From the NCBI GenBank assembly GCA_045539335.1, contig JAZQFD010000038.1:40-64039 (forward strand): 64,000 nt of DNA, in the 5' to 3' direction. Below, piece after piece: positions 50,694 to 59,494 of the stretch. The notes under the pieces were generated by a model. The model ran no database searches, was not told where the DNA came from, and saw only the letters and a program-made list of their open reading frames with translations. Position 1 is the first letter of the stretch. Each line of letters starts with the position of its first letter. Position numbers and translations under genes: made by a program. The stretch is from Eubacteriales bacterium. GTDB taxonomy: Bacteria > Bacillota > Clostridia > Oscillospirales > QAKW01.

Positions 50694-51920
50694 ATGAAAC
50701 GATTACTCTGTATTATTCTTTGCGTACTGTTGATGATTCCCTCGGTAAGCGCCGCCGGCGAAATGACTCTTACGGTGGATCGTGTGCAGGGCGAAGTGGG
50801 CGAGACGGTAACCATCACCGGTCGGGTAACCAACGCCCCCAAGTGCTCTTCTTTCCGTGTGATCCTCACTTACGATAAAACCTGCCTGGAAATCACCGAT
50901 GCCAGAATCGGCAAGAGCGTTTCCGGCAACTCCTCCGTCAATAAAAATACCACCTATCAAAACAAAAGCGCCGTGGTGGCTCTTTCTGCCAGCACCGGCA
51001 CCGCTCTGAGCGGCAATGCCGAGCTTTTTGTGCTGACCGCCAAGATCATCGGCGTGCCTGCCGACGGCAGCACCTCCACCACCCTGACGGTGGCTCATCA
51101 GGAGTTCTTTGATGTGGATCTTAAGAGGGTTTCTCCTGCCTCGGTTCGTTCCGGTCTGCTGATTTATACCAAGCTGCCCTCCACCGGACCTGCAACCCCC
51201 TCCAATCCCTCTACTCCTTCCACCCCCTCTACCCCTTCCAATCCCTCTACTCCCTCTACTCCTTCTACTCCCTCTACCCCCTCTACCCCCGCTTTGCCTG
51301 AGGGCGATTGGGGTGTCAACGATAAGGGCGATGTGGTTGTAAAGGATGAAAACGGAAACGAGAATAAATTTGAGGCCGACATTCCCGAGGATCTGAAGCC
51401 CGGCGATAAGGTGGATGTAGACCTGAAGGATGAAAACGGCAATGTGGTTGGCTCTGTTACCGTGGAAAAAGACGAGCAGGGCAATGTGATCGTCAAGGAT
51501 CCCGTTTCCAAGCCCTCCACCGAGTCTACCGGCAAGCCCAACAGCAACTGGGTGGTGGCCGGCGATCAGTTTGTTTACATCGATGAAGAAGGCAATACCC
51601 ACCTTTATGATTCCTCCACCGGCGTTCCTCAGAACCCCGGCGACCGTGCTGAGATCGAATTGAAGGATGAAAACGGCAACATCATCGGAAATGTGGTGGT
51701 GGAAAAAGGGGAAGACGGCACCATCCATGTTGTGGAAGATAAAATCAATATCGCCGAAGACGGCGAGGGCAAAAAAGCCATCTGGCCTTGGATCGTCTTC
51801 CCCGCCATCTTTATTTTAGGCGGCGGCGCTGTTGTATTGTGCATCTATCTGAGCAATAAAAAGAATCAGAAACCTGCTGTAAAAAAAGACGAGGAGCCTG
51901 TTGAGGAGCCTGTCGAGTAA
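50694..51920 (+). CDS. Membrane-anchored cohesin-domain protein (signal peptide, one cohesin, Pro/Ser/Thr linker, KDENGN repeat region, C-terminal TM anchor)
   Basis: Signal peptide MKRLLCIILCVLLMIPSVSAA and cohesin pattern LTVDRVQGEVGETVTITGRVTNAPKCSSFRVILTYDKTCLEI. The linker is (PSTPSN)n. The C-terminal anchor is IWPWIVFPAIFILGGGAVVLCIYL followed by a basic-then-acidic tail. Confidence 0.8.
   Translation: MKRLLCIILCVLLMIPSVSAAGEMTLTVDRVQGEVGETVTITGRVTNAPKCSSFRVILTYDKTCLEITDARIGKSVSGNSSVNKNTTYQNKSAVVALSASTGTALSGNAELFVLTAKIIGVPADGSTSTTLTVAHQEFFDVDLKRVSPASVRSGLLIYTKLPSTGPATPSNPSTPSTPSTPSNPSTPSTPSTPSTPSTPALPEGDWGVNDKGDVVVKDENGNENKFEADIPEDLKPGDKVDVDLKDENGNVVGSVTVEKDEQGNVIVKDPVSKPSTESTGKPNSNWVVAGDQFVYIDEEGNTHLYDSSTGVPQNPGDRAEIELKDENGNIIGNVVVEKGEDGTIHVVEDKINIAEDGEGKKAIWPWIVFPAIFILGGGAVVLCIYLSNKKNQKPAVKKDEEPVEEPVE
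50757..51173 (+). other. Cohesin-like module (aa ~22-160)
   Basis: See the parent CDS. The strand pattern ends around LLIYTK. Confidence 0.6.
51196..51290 (+). repeat. 9-bp-period repeat encoding the PSNPSTPSTPSTP... linker
   Basis: CCCTCTACT/CCTTCCACC-type units read directly. Confidence 0.85.
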
Positions 51921-51949
51921 GAGTTACATTCAACCAAAGGAGAACCACT

Positions 51950-52819
51950 ATGAAAATTGCTATCAAAAATGGACTGTTACTGAAAAACTGGTCGGCAGAA
52001 GAAAGCCTGAAAATGATTAAAGACGCCGGCTTCGACGGAGTGGATCTGGATGTGGCCACCATGATGCGGGAAAAATACGATCCCGACGGCCGCTGGAGCG
52101 GCGAGGCTTATTTGGAAGAAGCCAAAAAGCTGGGCGCCTATGCCAAAGAATTGGGGCTGACCATTGTGCAGGCCTCCGGCGTTGGCAACGATCATCACTT
52201 TGATTTTGAAACGGTGATGCTGCCCCAGATTCTGCGCAGTATTGAGATCTCCGCCGCAGTGGGCGCTCCCTATGTGATCATTCCTGCGCTGACCCGTGGT
52301 GCTTATCGGGGCAGTGAAGAAAAGTTCTTTGAGTCCAACATGGAATTCTACGGTCAGCTGGCAGATACCGCCAAGGCCTGCGGCATTAAGATCGCTTTGG
52401 AAAACCAGGTTGCTTTCGATTGGGCGCACTTTGTGCTCAACCATCATGTTTGCTCCCATGCAGAGGAATTCTGCAGATACATCGACACCCTCAACGAAAC
52501 CCACGGAGATCTCTTCGTGGCCTGCGTCAACCCTGCAAGAGCCCCTCTAACCGGTCAGGAGCCCGAGGCCTTGACCAAAGGCTTGGGGGATCGGATGAAG
52601 CTGGTACATATTAACGACAACGATTACCGCAAGGATAATAAGGCCGTTCCCGGCTATGGCGCTCTGGACATCAATCGGATGGTCACCGCTCTGAAGGACG
52701 CTTCCTATAAAGGCTATTTCACCCTGCAGGTAGGCACCACCCTTCCCGCTGAGCTGATGCCTTCCGCTCTGGCTCATATGGCAGAGATTGCTCGCTACTG
52801 GGCAGGAAAGGCAGAGTAA
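51950..52819 (+). CDS. Xylose-isomerase-like TIM-barrel protein (sugar phosphate isomerase/epimerase family), paralog T1, divergent motif residues
   Basis: Family blocks ALENQ and LVHINDND are present. However it has CVNPARA where T2-T4 have C(L/V)D(I/V)GH, and FTLQV where they have (F/Y)(T/A)LE(C/V). Confidence 0.75.
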   Translation: MKIAIKNGLLLKNWSAEESLKMIKDAGFDGVDLDVATMMREKYDPDGRWSGEAYLEEAKKLGAYAKELGLTIVQASGVGNDHHFDFETVMLPQILRSIEISAAVGAPYVIIPALTRGAYRGSEEKFFESNMEFYGQLADTAKACGIKIALENQVAFDWAHFVLNHHVCSHAEEFCRYIDTLNETHGDLFVACVNPARAPLTGQEPEALTKGLGDRMKLVHINDNDYRKDNKAVPGYGALDINRMVTALKDASYKGYFTLQVGTTLPAELMPSALAHMAEIARYWAGKAE

Positions 52820-52825
52820 GCGCCC

Positions 52826-53689
52826 ATGAAAACCGTTGCCAACCTTGGAGGCATTGCCAAGGGCACGCCGGAGGAGAAGCTGGCCATGATTAAGGCCGCC
52901 GGCTTTGATGCCGCCGATATTACCATTTGCGGAGCGGCCCTCTCCCTGCTGGAAGGAGACTATATCGCCAGAGCCAAAGCCCTTCGTGCCAAGGCCGACG
53001 AATTAGGACTTCCCATTCTGCAGGCCCACGCTCCCTTTGACAGCACCACCGCTTACGCCGAAGAAAAATTCGAGCTGACCAAGCGAAGCATTGAGTTTGC
53101 CGCCCTCTGCGGCGCCGAATTCATTGTGGTGCATCCCATTCAGCATCTGAGCTACTTTGACGATCCTAAAAATCCCGAGATCTTATTCGACTATAACATG
53201 GAGTTCTACGGTCGGTTAAAGCCCATTGCCGATGCATACGGCATTAAGATCGCCACCGAGAATATGTGGCGCACCAATAAGATGCGTCAGGTGATCGACC
53301 ATTCGGTCTGCTCCCGTCCGGAGGAATTCTGCCGCTATGTAGACGGCCTGCAGCAACGCTACGGTGATACCTTCACCGGCTGTCTGGACATTGGACACAC
53401 GGTGCTGGTGGGAGTAGACCCCTGCCAAATGATCCGCACCATGGGTTCCCGCATCGGCACCCTCCATGTACACGACAACGATTATCATAAAGACCTGCAT
53501 CTGGCGCCCGGTCTTGGCTCTATGGATTATGATGCCATCACCGCCGCCTTAAAAGAGATCGGATACAAAGGCCCCTTTACCTTGGAATGCCACACCTGCT
53601 CGCTGGATCAGGAGGGCACCGCCCTGTATCTGCAGTTTTTGGCCGGCACCGCCCGGCTGCTTGCCGACAAAAGTGAGGAAACATTATGA
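52826..53689 (+). CDS. Xylose-isomerase-like TIM-barrel protein, paralog T2
   Basis: Family blocks VVHP, ATENMW, CLDIGHT, LHVHDNDYH and FTLECH. Confidence 0.8.
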   Translation: MKTVANLGGIAKGTPEEKLAMIKAAGFDAADITICGAALSLLEGDYIARAKALRAKADELGLPILQAHAPFDSTTAYAEEKFELTKRSIEFAALCGAEFIVVHPIQHLSYFDDPKNPEILFDYNMEFYGRLKPIADAYGIKIATENMWRTNKMRQVIDHSVCSRPEEFCRYVDGLQQRYGDTFTGCLDIGHTVLVGVDPCQMIRTMGSRIGTLHVHDNDYHKDLHLAPGLGSMDYDAITAALKEIGYKGPFTLECHTCSLDQEGTALYLQFLAGTARLLADKSEETL

Positions 53690-54507
53690 GAATTGCCATG
53701 AACACCGGCACCTTGGTGGGCCGGTATACCATTGAAGAAGCCATGCGCTTATCCAAAGCCGCCGGCTTTGACAGCGTGGATATTGCCATGAACGTTTTGA
53801 CCCAACCCGGCTGGGAGGGGGATCAATGCTATGAGCAGGCGGTAAAGATCCGCAAGCTCTCGGAGGAGCTGGATCTGCCGGTCACCCAGACCCATGCCGG
53901 CGGCGATAAGGTTAAAAGCGCCAAGGTTACTGCCCTTTTGGGCTGTCCGGTGATGGTGATCCATCCCCGCATCATCCTGCCTCATGTGGGCTATGAAGAC
54001 AAAAACTACGAAGCCAATATGGAATATTTGGCCGCCTTTGCCCCTCTGGCCGAGGAAAACAATATTAAAATCGCCGTGGAGAATATGTTTAAGTGGGACC
54101 TGAAGCGGGAAGTGATCAACCACAGTACCTGCTCCACCACCGCCGAATTCTGCCGCTATATGAAAGGTCTTCATGAGCGGTTCGGCGATCTTTTCGGCGC
54201 TTGCGTGGATGTGGGACATCTGGCCCTGGTGGGCACCGATCCCGCCGAGACCATTCGTGCCTTGGGCGATGATCTCCTGGCCCTTCATGTACACGATAAT
54301 GACCTGCACACCGATCAACATACCATTCCGGGCGCCGGCGTTATCAACTTTGTGGAAGTATCGAAAGCATTGAAGGATATCAAGTATAAAGGCGATTATG
54401 CACTGGAGGTTGGTCTGCACCATCCCAAAGAGCTGTTGCCGGTGGCTGTGGAGTATCTGGCTCAGGTCTGCCGCTATTTCGCCGATCTTGCATCCAATGA
54501 GGGTTAA
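53686..54507 (+). CDS. Xylose-isomerase-like TIM-barrel protein, paralog T3
   Basis: Family blocks VIHP, AVENMF, CVDVGHL, LHVHDNDLH and YALEVG. ATGA overlap with T2. Confidence 0.8.
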   Translation: MRIAMNTGTLVGRYTIEEAMRLSKAAGFDSVDIAMNVLTQPGWEGDQCYEQAVKIRKLSEELDLPVTQTHAGGDKVKSAKVTALLGCPVMVIHPRIILPHVGYEDKNYEANMEYLAAFAPLAEENNIKIAVENMFKWDLKREVINHSTCSTTAEFCRYMKGLHERFGDLFGACVDVGHLALVGTDPAETIRALGDDLLALHVHDNDLHTDQHTIPGAGVINFVEVSKALKDIKYKGDYALEVGLHHPKELLPVAVEYLAQVCRYFADLASNEG

Positions 54508-54510
54508 ACG

Positions 54511-55350
54511 ATGAAAATTGCCATGAACGCCTCCCGCTTTTGGGGGCACACCTTAGAAGAAATCTTAATGTTTTGCAAAGAGGCCGGTTTTGATGCGGTG
54601 GATATTCCCGTTCAAAATATTTTAGGCCTCCCCGAATGGGATGAGGAGCATTATGTGGAATCCGCCAAAAAGATCAAGGCGCTTTGCGAGGAACTGGATC
54701 TGCCGGTAGTGCAAGCCCATGCCGGCGGCAGAACCTTTGAGGATATTTGCCGTGCCATCCGCATTGCCGCCCTTTTGGGTTCTCCCTCTATTGTGGTGCA
54801 TCCCAAAATTGCCCGCCCCTATAAAGGGCAGGAAGAAAAATATTTCGAGATGAACATGGAGTTCTACGGTTCCTTTGCTCCCCTGCTGAAGGAATTGGGG
54901 ATCAAGATCGCCGTGGAAAACATGTTTGGCTGGGATCTGGAGCGGATGGTTATCTGCCATAATATCGTTTCCCAAACCCAAGAGTTTTTGCGGTATATGG
55001 ACACCTTGGAGGAACGGTATCCCGGTTGCTTCACCGCCTGTGTGGACATTGGGCACATGGCCTTGGTGGGCACCGATCTTTATGAGGTGATCACCGCACT
55101 GGGCAAAAAGAATTATCTCACCGCCCTTCATGTCCATGATAATGATACCCATATGGATATGCACGCACCCATCAATATCGGCACCATCGATTTCAAAAAG
55201 GTGGCCGCCGCCTTAAAGGAAATCAACTATCCCGGCGTCTTCACCTTGGAGGTGGGAATTCACGGAAACATTCCCCATGATCTGTACCCCGCCACCTTCC
55301 GCTATATTGCGAGAGTCACTCGCTTTTACGCCGATCTGGCTTCCAACTAA
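54511..55350 (+). CDS. Xylose-isomerase-like TIM-barrel protein, paralog T4
   Basis: Family blocks VVHP, AVENMF, CVDIGHM, LHVHDNDTH and FTLEVG. Confidence 0.8.
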   Translation: MKIAMNASRFWGHTLEEILMFCKEAGFDAVDIPVQNILGLPEWDEEHYVESAKKIKALCEELDLPVVQAHAGGRTFEDICRAIRIAALLGSPSIVVHPKIARPYKGQEEKYFEMNMEFYGSFAPLLKELGIKIAVENMFGWDLERMVICHNIVSQTQEFLRYMDTLEERYPGCFTACVDIGHMALVGTDLYEVITALGKKNYLTALHVHDNDTHMDMHAPINIGTIDFKKVAAALKEINYPGVFTLEVGIHGNIPHDLYPATFRYIARVTRFYADLASN

Positions 55351-55352
55351 AT

Positions 55353-55387
55353 TAAAAAACCGCAACGCTTTGGCGTTGCGGTTTTTT
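55353..55387. terminator. Bidirectional terminator between T4 (+) and the his operon end (-)
   Basis: 14-bp stem AAAAACCGCAACGC/GCGTTGCGGTTTTT. Confidence 0.85.
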
Positions 55388-56187
55388 CATAGCGCATAAT
55401 ACACTCTACCGGCGGCGGTAAGAGAAGCGGCATGGGTGAAGCCTGCGGCTTTGGCAAGGGCCACCGCCTCTTGGCGGAATGCCCCTAAATAGGTACGGTC
55501 GTGGCAATCTCCATTGAGGATGATCTCGCCGCCTTTTTGTCGAATATAGGTCAAAAGAGGCAACGCCGGATAGGGAGCGGTGCGATACCCACGGGACATG
55601 GCCCCCACATTGATCTCAAAAAGAGCGCCGGTGGGGATCAGCCGATCCACCGCCTTTTGATAGGCGGCCACATAGCGGGGATGGTTGGGATCCAGCCAAG
55701 GCTCCCGCTCCAGATATTTGGTGATCAGATCGATATGGCCGATGATATCCCCCTTCAGGGCACCCACCTGCTCATAATAGGCTTCCGCCAAGGCATACGG
55801 ATCGCCGCCGAAGGCCTTCACCGCCTCCTTGAGATGCTCCAAGGACCAATCCATCTCCCAGCGCTTGCCGGTGGGGTCTTTTACCCCATGGACGCTGGCC
55901 ACCACATACTCATAAGGGGCGGTGGATTCTCGGCAATCGGCATCCTGCTCGATGCCCAAAAGAATCTCCAGACGATCTGCATACTGCTCTTTCAGGCGCA
56001 AGATCTCCCTGCGGTATTCTTCTGCCTTTTGGGCGGGGATAATCCAATCTCCATAATCCACCTCGGGACTGTGCATGGAAAAGCCCAAGACGGAAAAGCC
56101 CTTTTCCAAGGCGGCTTCAATCATCTGCTCCGGCGTGTTTTCTCCGTCGCAAAAGCAGGTATGGACATGAAAATCCGAAAGGATCAT
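55387..56187 (-). CDS. hisJ: Histidinol-phosphatase, PHP family
   Basis: [14 protein letters not shown] motif in a 266-aa protein that is the last gene of the his operon. Confidence 0.85.
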   Translation of the reverse strand: MILSDFHVHTCFCDGENTPEQMIEAALEKGFSVLGFSMHSPEVDYGDWIIPAQKAEEYRREILRLKEQYADRLEILLGIEQDADCRESTAPYEYVVASVHGVKDPTGKRWEMDWSLEHLKEAVKAFGGDPYALAEAYYEQVGALKGDIIGHIDLITKYLEREPWLDPNHPRYVAAYQKAVDRLIPTGALFEINVGAMSRGYRTAPYPALPLLTYIRQKGGEIILNGDCHDRTYLGAFRQEAVALAKAAGFTHAASLTAAGRVYYAL

Positions 56188-56828
56188 ACCATCTTCTCCT
56201 GCTTCACCTTATGGTCGATCACATGGCGGCCGGCCAATTCCTTGCGGATATCCTCCACCGAAATGCCCATTTCCACCATCAGCACCATAATATGATAGGC
56301 AAGGTCTGCGATTTCGTAGACCGTTTCTTTTTTATCCTCCGCCTTGCCGGCAATGATCACCTCGGTAGACTCCTCCCCTACCTTCTTTAAGATCTTATCC
56401 AAGCCCTTTTGGAAAAGATAGGTGGTATAAGAGCCCTCGGGAAGGGTGTCTTTTCTTCCCTGCAGCAGACCGTACAGCCCCTCCAAAGAGAAGGGCTCCT
56501 CGCCGCTTTCATACACCCGCTCATTGAAGCAGGAATCGGTGCCCAAATGGCAGGCGGGGCCGTCTTTTTTTACCAGCACCGTCAGAGCATCCCTATCGCA
56601 ATCGGCGGTAATGGACACAATATGCTGGTAATTGCCGCTGGTCTCCCCTTTGAGCCAAAGCTCCTGACGGGAGCGACTCCAAAAGCAGGTCAGCCCTTTT
56701 TCCATAGAGATGGCAAGGCTTTCTTTATTCATATAAGCAAGGGTCAGCACCTTTTTGGTGTCGGCATCCACCACAATGGCGGGGATGAGCCCCTTATCGT
56801 CGAATTTCAGTTGGTCGATGTTGATCAT
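56184..56828 (-). CDS. hisIE: Bifunctional phosphoribosyl-AMP cyclohydrolase / phosphoribosyl-ATP diphosphatase
   Basis: HisI block [18 protein letters not shown]...DCD and a HisE MazG-like C-terminus. Confidence 0.9.
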   Translation of the reverse strand: MINIDQLKFDDKGLIPAIVVDADTKKVLTLAYMNKESLAISMEKGLTCFWSRSRQELWLKGETSGNYQHIVSITADCDRDALTVLVKKDGPACHLGTDSCFNERVYESGEEPFSLEGLYGLLQGRKDTLPEGSYTTYLFQKGLDKILKKVGEESTEVIIAGKAEDKKETVYEIADLAYHIMVLMVEMGISVEDIRKELAGRHVIDHKVKQEKMV

Positions 56829-56830
56829 AG

Positions 56831-57589
56831 TTATAACCTCACATTAATGCCCTGTTCTCTCAGGGTTTGCTTTAAGTCGGCGATCTTCACCTCGCCGAAA
56901 TGGAAGATGGATGCCGCAAGACCGGCGTCTACCTTGGGCAGGGTCTGAAAGAGGGTCACAAAATCCTCCTGACAGCCGGCGCCGCCGGAGGCAATCACCG
57001 GCACATGCACCGCATTGCACACCGCATCCAGCATCTCCAGATCAAAGCCCTTTTTCACCCCATCGGTATCGATGGAATTGAGCACCACCTCACCGGCGCC
57101 TCGCTCCACGCAGGATTTGATCCATTCAATGGCCTCCATGCCGGTATTCTCCCGACCGCCTTTGGCGAAGACTCGGTATACTCCGTCTACCCGCTTTACA
57201 TCGGCAGAGAGCACCACGCACTGATCGCCGTATTTCTTCGCCGCCTCGGTAATCAAGGCGGGATTGCGAATGGCGCCGGAATTGACGCTGACCTTATCGG
57301 CGCCGCATTTGAGCACTCGATCAAAATCCGCCAATGTATTGATGCCGCCCCCAACGGTCAGGGGGATAAAGATGGTTTTGGCCACTTCTGTTAAAATATC
57401 GGTAAAGAGGGCCCGACCCTCGGCAGAGGCGGTAATGTCATAAAACACCAACTCGTCTGCCCCATTATCGCTATAATATTTTCCCAGCTCCACCGGAGAG
57501 GAAACATCGGCAAGGCCTTGGAAATTCACGCCCTTGACCACCCGACCGTCTCGCACATCCAGACAGGGAATAATCCGCTTTGTGATCAT
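56831..57589 (-). CDS. hisF: Imidazole glycerol phosphate synthase cyclase subunit
   Basis: [17 protein letters not shown]-terminus and the TVGGGI and ASGGAG phosphate-binding blocks. Confidence 0.92.
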   Translation of the reverse strand: MITKRIIPCLDVRDGRVVKGVNFQGLADVSSPVELGKYYSDNGADELVFYDITASAEGRALFTDILTEVAKTIFIPLTVGGGINTLADFDRVLKCGADKVSVNSGAIRNPALITEAAKKYGDQCVVLSADVKRVDGVYRVFAKGGRENTGMEAIEWIKSCVERGAGEVVLNSIDTDGVKKGFDLEMLDAVCNAVHVPVIASGGAGCQEDFVTLFQTLPKVDAGLAASIFHFGEVKIADLKQTLREQGINVRL

Positions 57590-58299
57590 ACTGCCACCTC
57601 AATCGCTTCTTTTAAATCAATGGCGCCGATATAATAGGCTTTGCCGATAATGGCACCGTAAAGATCCATGGCTCTTAAGGCTTTAATATCCTCTATGGAA
57701 GACACGCCCCCCGATGCCACCAGATCAATGGCATACTTTTGGCTCAGATCCTGATACAGCCCCCGATTGGTGCCTTGCATGGCACCATCCTTGGAGATAT
57801 CGGTGCAGATCACCGTTTGAACCCCCAAGCTTTCCATTTTGGCAAAGAAGGCATCGGCGGTCAGTTGGGATTTCTCGGTCCAGCCCTTGATGGCCACATA
57901 CCCATCCTTCAAATCCACGCCCACGGCGATTTTATTTCCGTATTGGGCAAGGGCTTCTTTTAAAAAGGCCTCGTCGGTTACGGCGGCGGTGCCTAAAATC
58001 ACCCGATCTACACCGGCGGAGAGATAGGTCTCCACCGTTTCCATGGTGCGGATTCCGCCCCCCACCTCCACAAACAGTTCCGTGGTGGCCAGTATTTTTT
58101 TAATGGTGGGCAGATTTTCGGGCACGCCGCTTTTGGCGCCCTCCAGATCCACCAGATGCAGGAATTTTGCCCCTGCTTTTTCAAATGCTGCGGCAACGGC
58201 GGCAGGATTTTCGCTATAAACGGTCATTTGATCATAGTCCCCTTTAAAGAGGCGCACCGCCTTGCCGTCTACCAAATCAATGGCAGGAAAAATATTCAT
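57586..58299 (-). CDS. hisA: 1-(5-phosphoribosyl)-5-[(5-phosphoribosylamino)methylideneamino]imidazole-4-carboxamide isomerase
   Basis: MNIFPAIDLVDGKAVRL start at 58299 overlaps the hisH stop (ATGA). The 73-codon upstream extension in the ORF track overlaps hisH and is not credible. Confidence 0.9.
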   Translation of the reverse strand: MNIFPAIDLVDGKAVRLFKGDYDQMTVYSENPAAVAAAFEKAGAKFLHLVDLEGAKSGVPENLPTIKKILATTELFVEVGGGIRTMETVETYLSAGVDRVILGTAAVTDEAFLKEALAQYGNKIAVGVDLKDGYVAIKGWTEKSQLTADAFFAKMESLGVQTVICTDISKDGAMQGTNRGLYQDLSQKYAIDLVASGGVSSIEDIKALRAMDLYGAIIGKAYYIGAIDLKEAIEVAV

Positions 58300-58913
58300 G
58301 ATACTACCTCGCAGAATGCTTTTAAGATGGCAAGTCCCACCTTGCCGCTTTTTTCGGGATGGAATTGACAGCCGAAAAGATTGCCCTTGGCTACTGCGGC
58401 GGTCAGTTCCTTCCCATAGGAAGCGGTGGCGGCCAAGGAATCCTCGCACCCTTCTGCATAGAAGGAATGAACGAAATACACATGGTCTCCCTCTTGAATA
58501 TGGGCAAAGAGCGGGCAATCCGGCTTCTGAAAGGTCAGACTGTTCCAGCCGATATGGGGGATCTTCAGTTCCTTGGGCAAAACCCCCTCCATAGGCACCA
58601 CCTGCCCTTTTAAGAGCCCTAAGCCCTCATGGTCGCCATACTCCAGACTCCGCTCAAAGAGCATCTGCATCCCAAGGCAGATGCCCAAAAGGGGCTTGCC
58701 TGCGGCCGCCTGCTCCTTCACAAACCCATCCAAGCCACTCTCTTTGAGCTTGGCGGCGGCGTCCCCAAAGGCGCCCACCCCGGGCAGAACCAAGCGGTCT
58801 GCTTTTTTCAATTCTTCGGCGTTGCCGGACACAAATACCTTCTCCCCAATAGCCTCAAAGGAGGATTTTAAGGAAAAAAGGTTGCCCACGCCATAATCAA
58901 TAATTCCAATCAT
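58296..58913 (-). CDS. hisH: Imidazole glycerol phosphate synthase glutaminase subunit
   Basis: MIGIIDYGVGNL, LPGVGAF, GICLGMQ (catalytic Cys) and FHPEKS blocks. Confidence 0.92.
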   Translation of the reverse strand: MIGIIDYGVGNLFSLKSSFEAIGEKVFVSGNAEELKKADRLVLPGVGAFGDAAAKLKESGLDGFVKEQAAAGKPLLGICLGMQMLFERSLEYGDHEGLGLLKGQVVPMEGVLPKELKIPHIGWNSLTFQKPDCPLFAHIQEGDHVYFVHSFYAEGCEDSLAATASYGKELTAAVAKGNLFGCQFHPEKSGKVGLAILKAFCEVVS

Positions 58914-59494
58914 TATAATACACCTTTCGTGGAGGGCACGGCATCGCCGCCGGTCAGCGCCACCGCCGCCTTCAGGGAGCGGGCAACGGATTTAAAGGCG
59001 CCTTCCGCAATATGATGGGAATTACTGCCGGAGAGCTTGCGGAGATGCAGGCTCATGGGGCATTGGCGCACAAAGGCCAAGAAAAATTCCTCCACCAATT
59101 CGGTATCGAAGGTGCCGATCTTCTGGGCGGGAATCTCCAACTCATAGCCCAAATAGCTGCGGCCGGAAAGATCTAATGCAGAGAGGATCAGGCTTTCATC
59201 CATAGGCAGGATAAAGAAGCCATAGCGGGCAATGCCCCGCTTCTCGCCCAAGGCCTCCTCCAAGGCTTTGCCCAGGCAAATGCCCACATCCTCCACCGTG
59301 TGGTGATCGTCCACTTGGGTATCGCCCTTGCATTGAACCGAAAGGTCAAAGCCCCCATGGGCGGCAAAAAGGGTCAGCATGTGATCCAAAAAGCCACAGC
59401 CGGTATCCACGGCGCTTTTGCCGCTCCCGTCTAAATTCAAGGTTAAGGAAATATCGGTTTCTGCCGTTTTACGGTTGATGGTCGATGTTCTCAT
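58913..59494 (-). CDS. hisB: Imidazoleglycerol-phosphate dehydratase
   Basis: RKT.ETDI, DDHHTVED and NSHHI.E..FK motifs. Confidence 0.92.
   Translation of the reverse strand: MRTSTINRKTAETDISLTLNLDGSGKSAVDTGCGFLDHMLTLFAAHGGFDLSVQCKGDTQVDDHHTVEDVGICLGKALEEALGEKRGIARYGFFILPMDESLILSALDLSGRSYLGYELEIPAQKIGTFDTELVEEFFLAFVRQCPMSLHLRKLSGSNSHHIAEGAFKSVARSLKAAVALTGGDAVPSTKGVL

Noticed and set aside
51174-51188. LPSTG motif (aa 161-165) in the cohesin protein, considered as a sortase sorting signal.
   Set aside because: It lies mid-protein at the cohesin/linker boundary and is followed by a hydrophilic Pro/Ser/Thr linker rather than a hydrophobic segment with a basic tail. The real C-terminus has a TM helix and no LPxTG.
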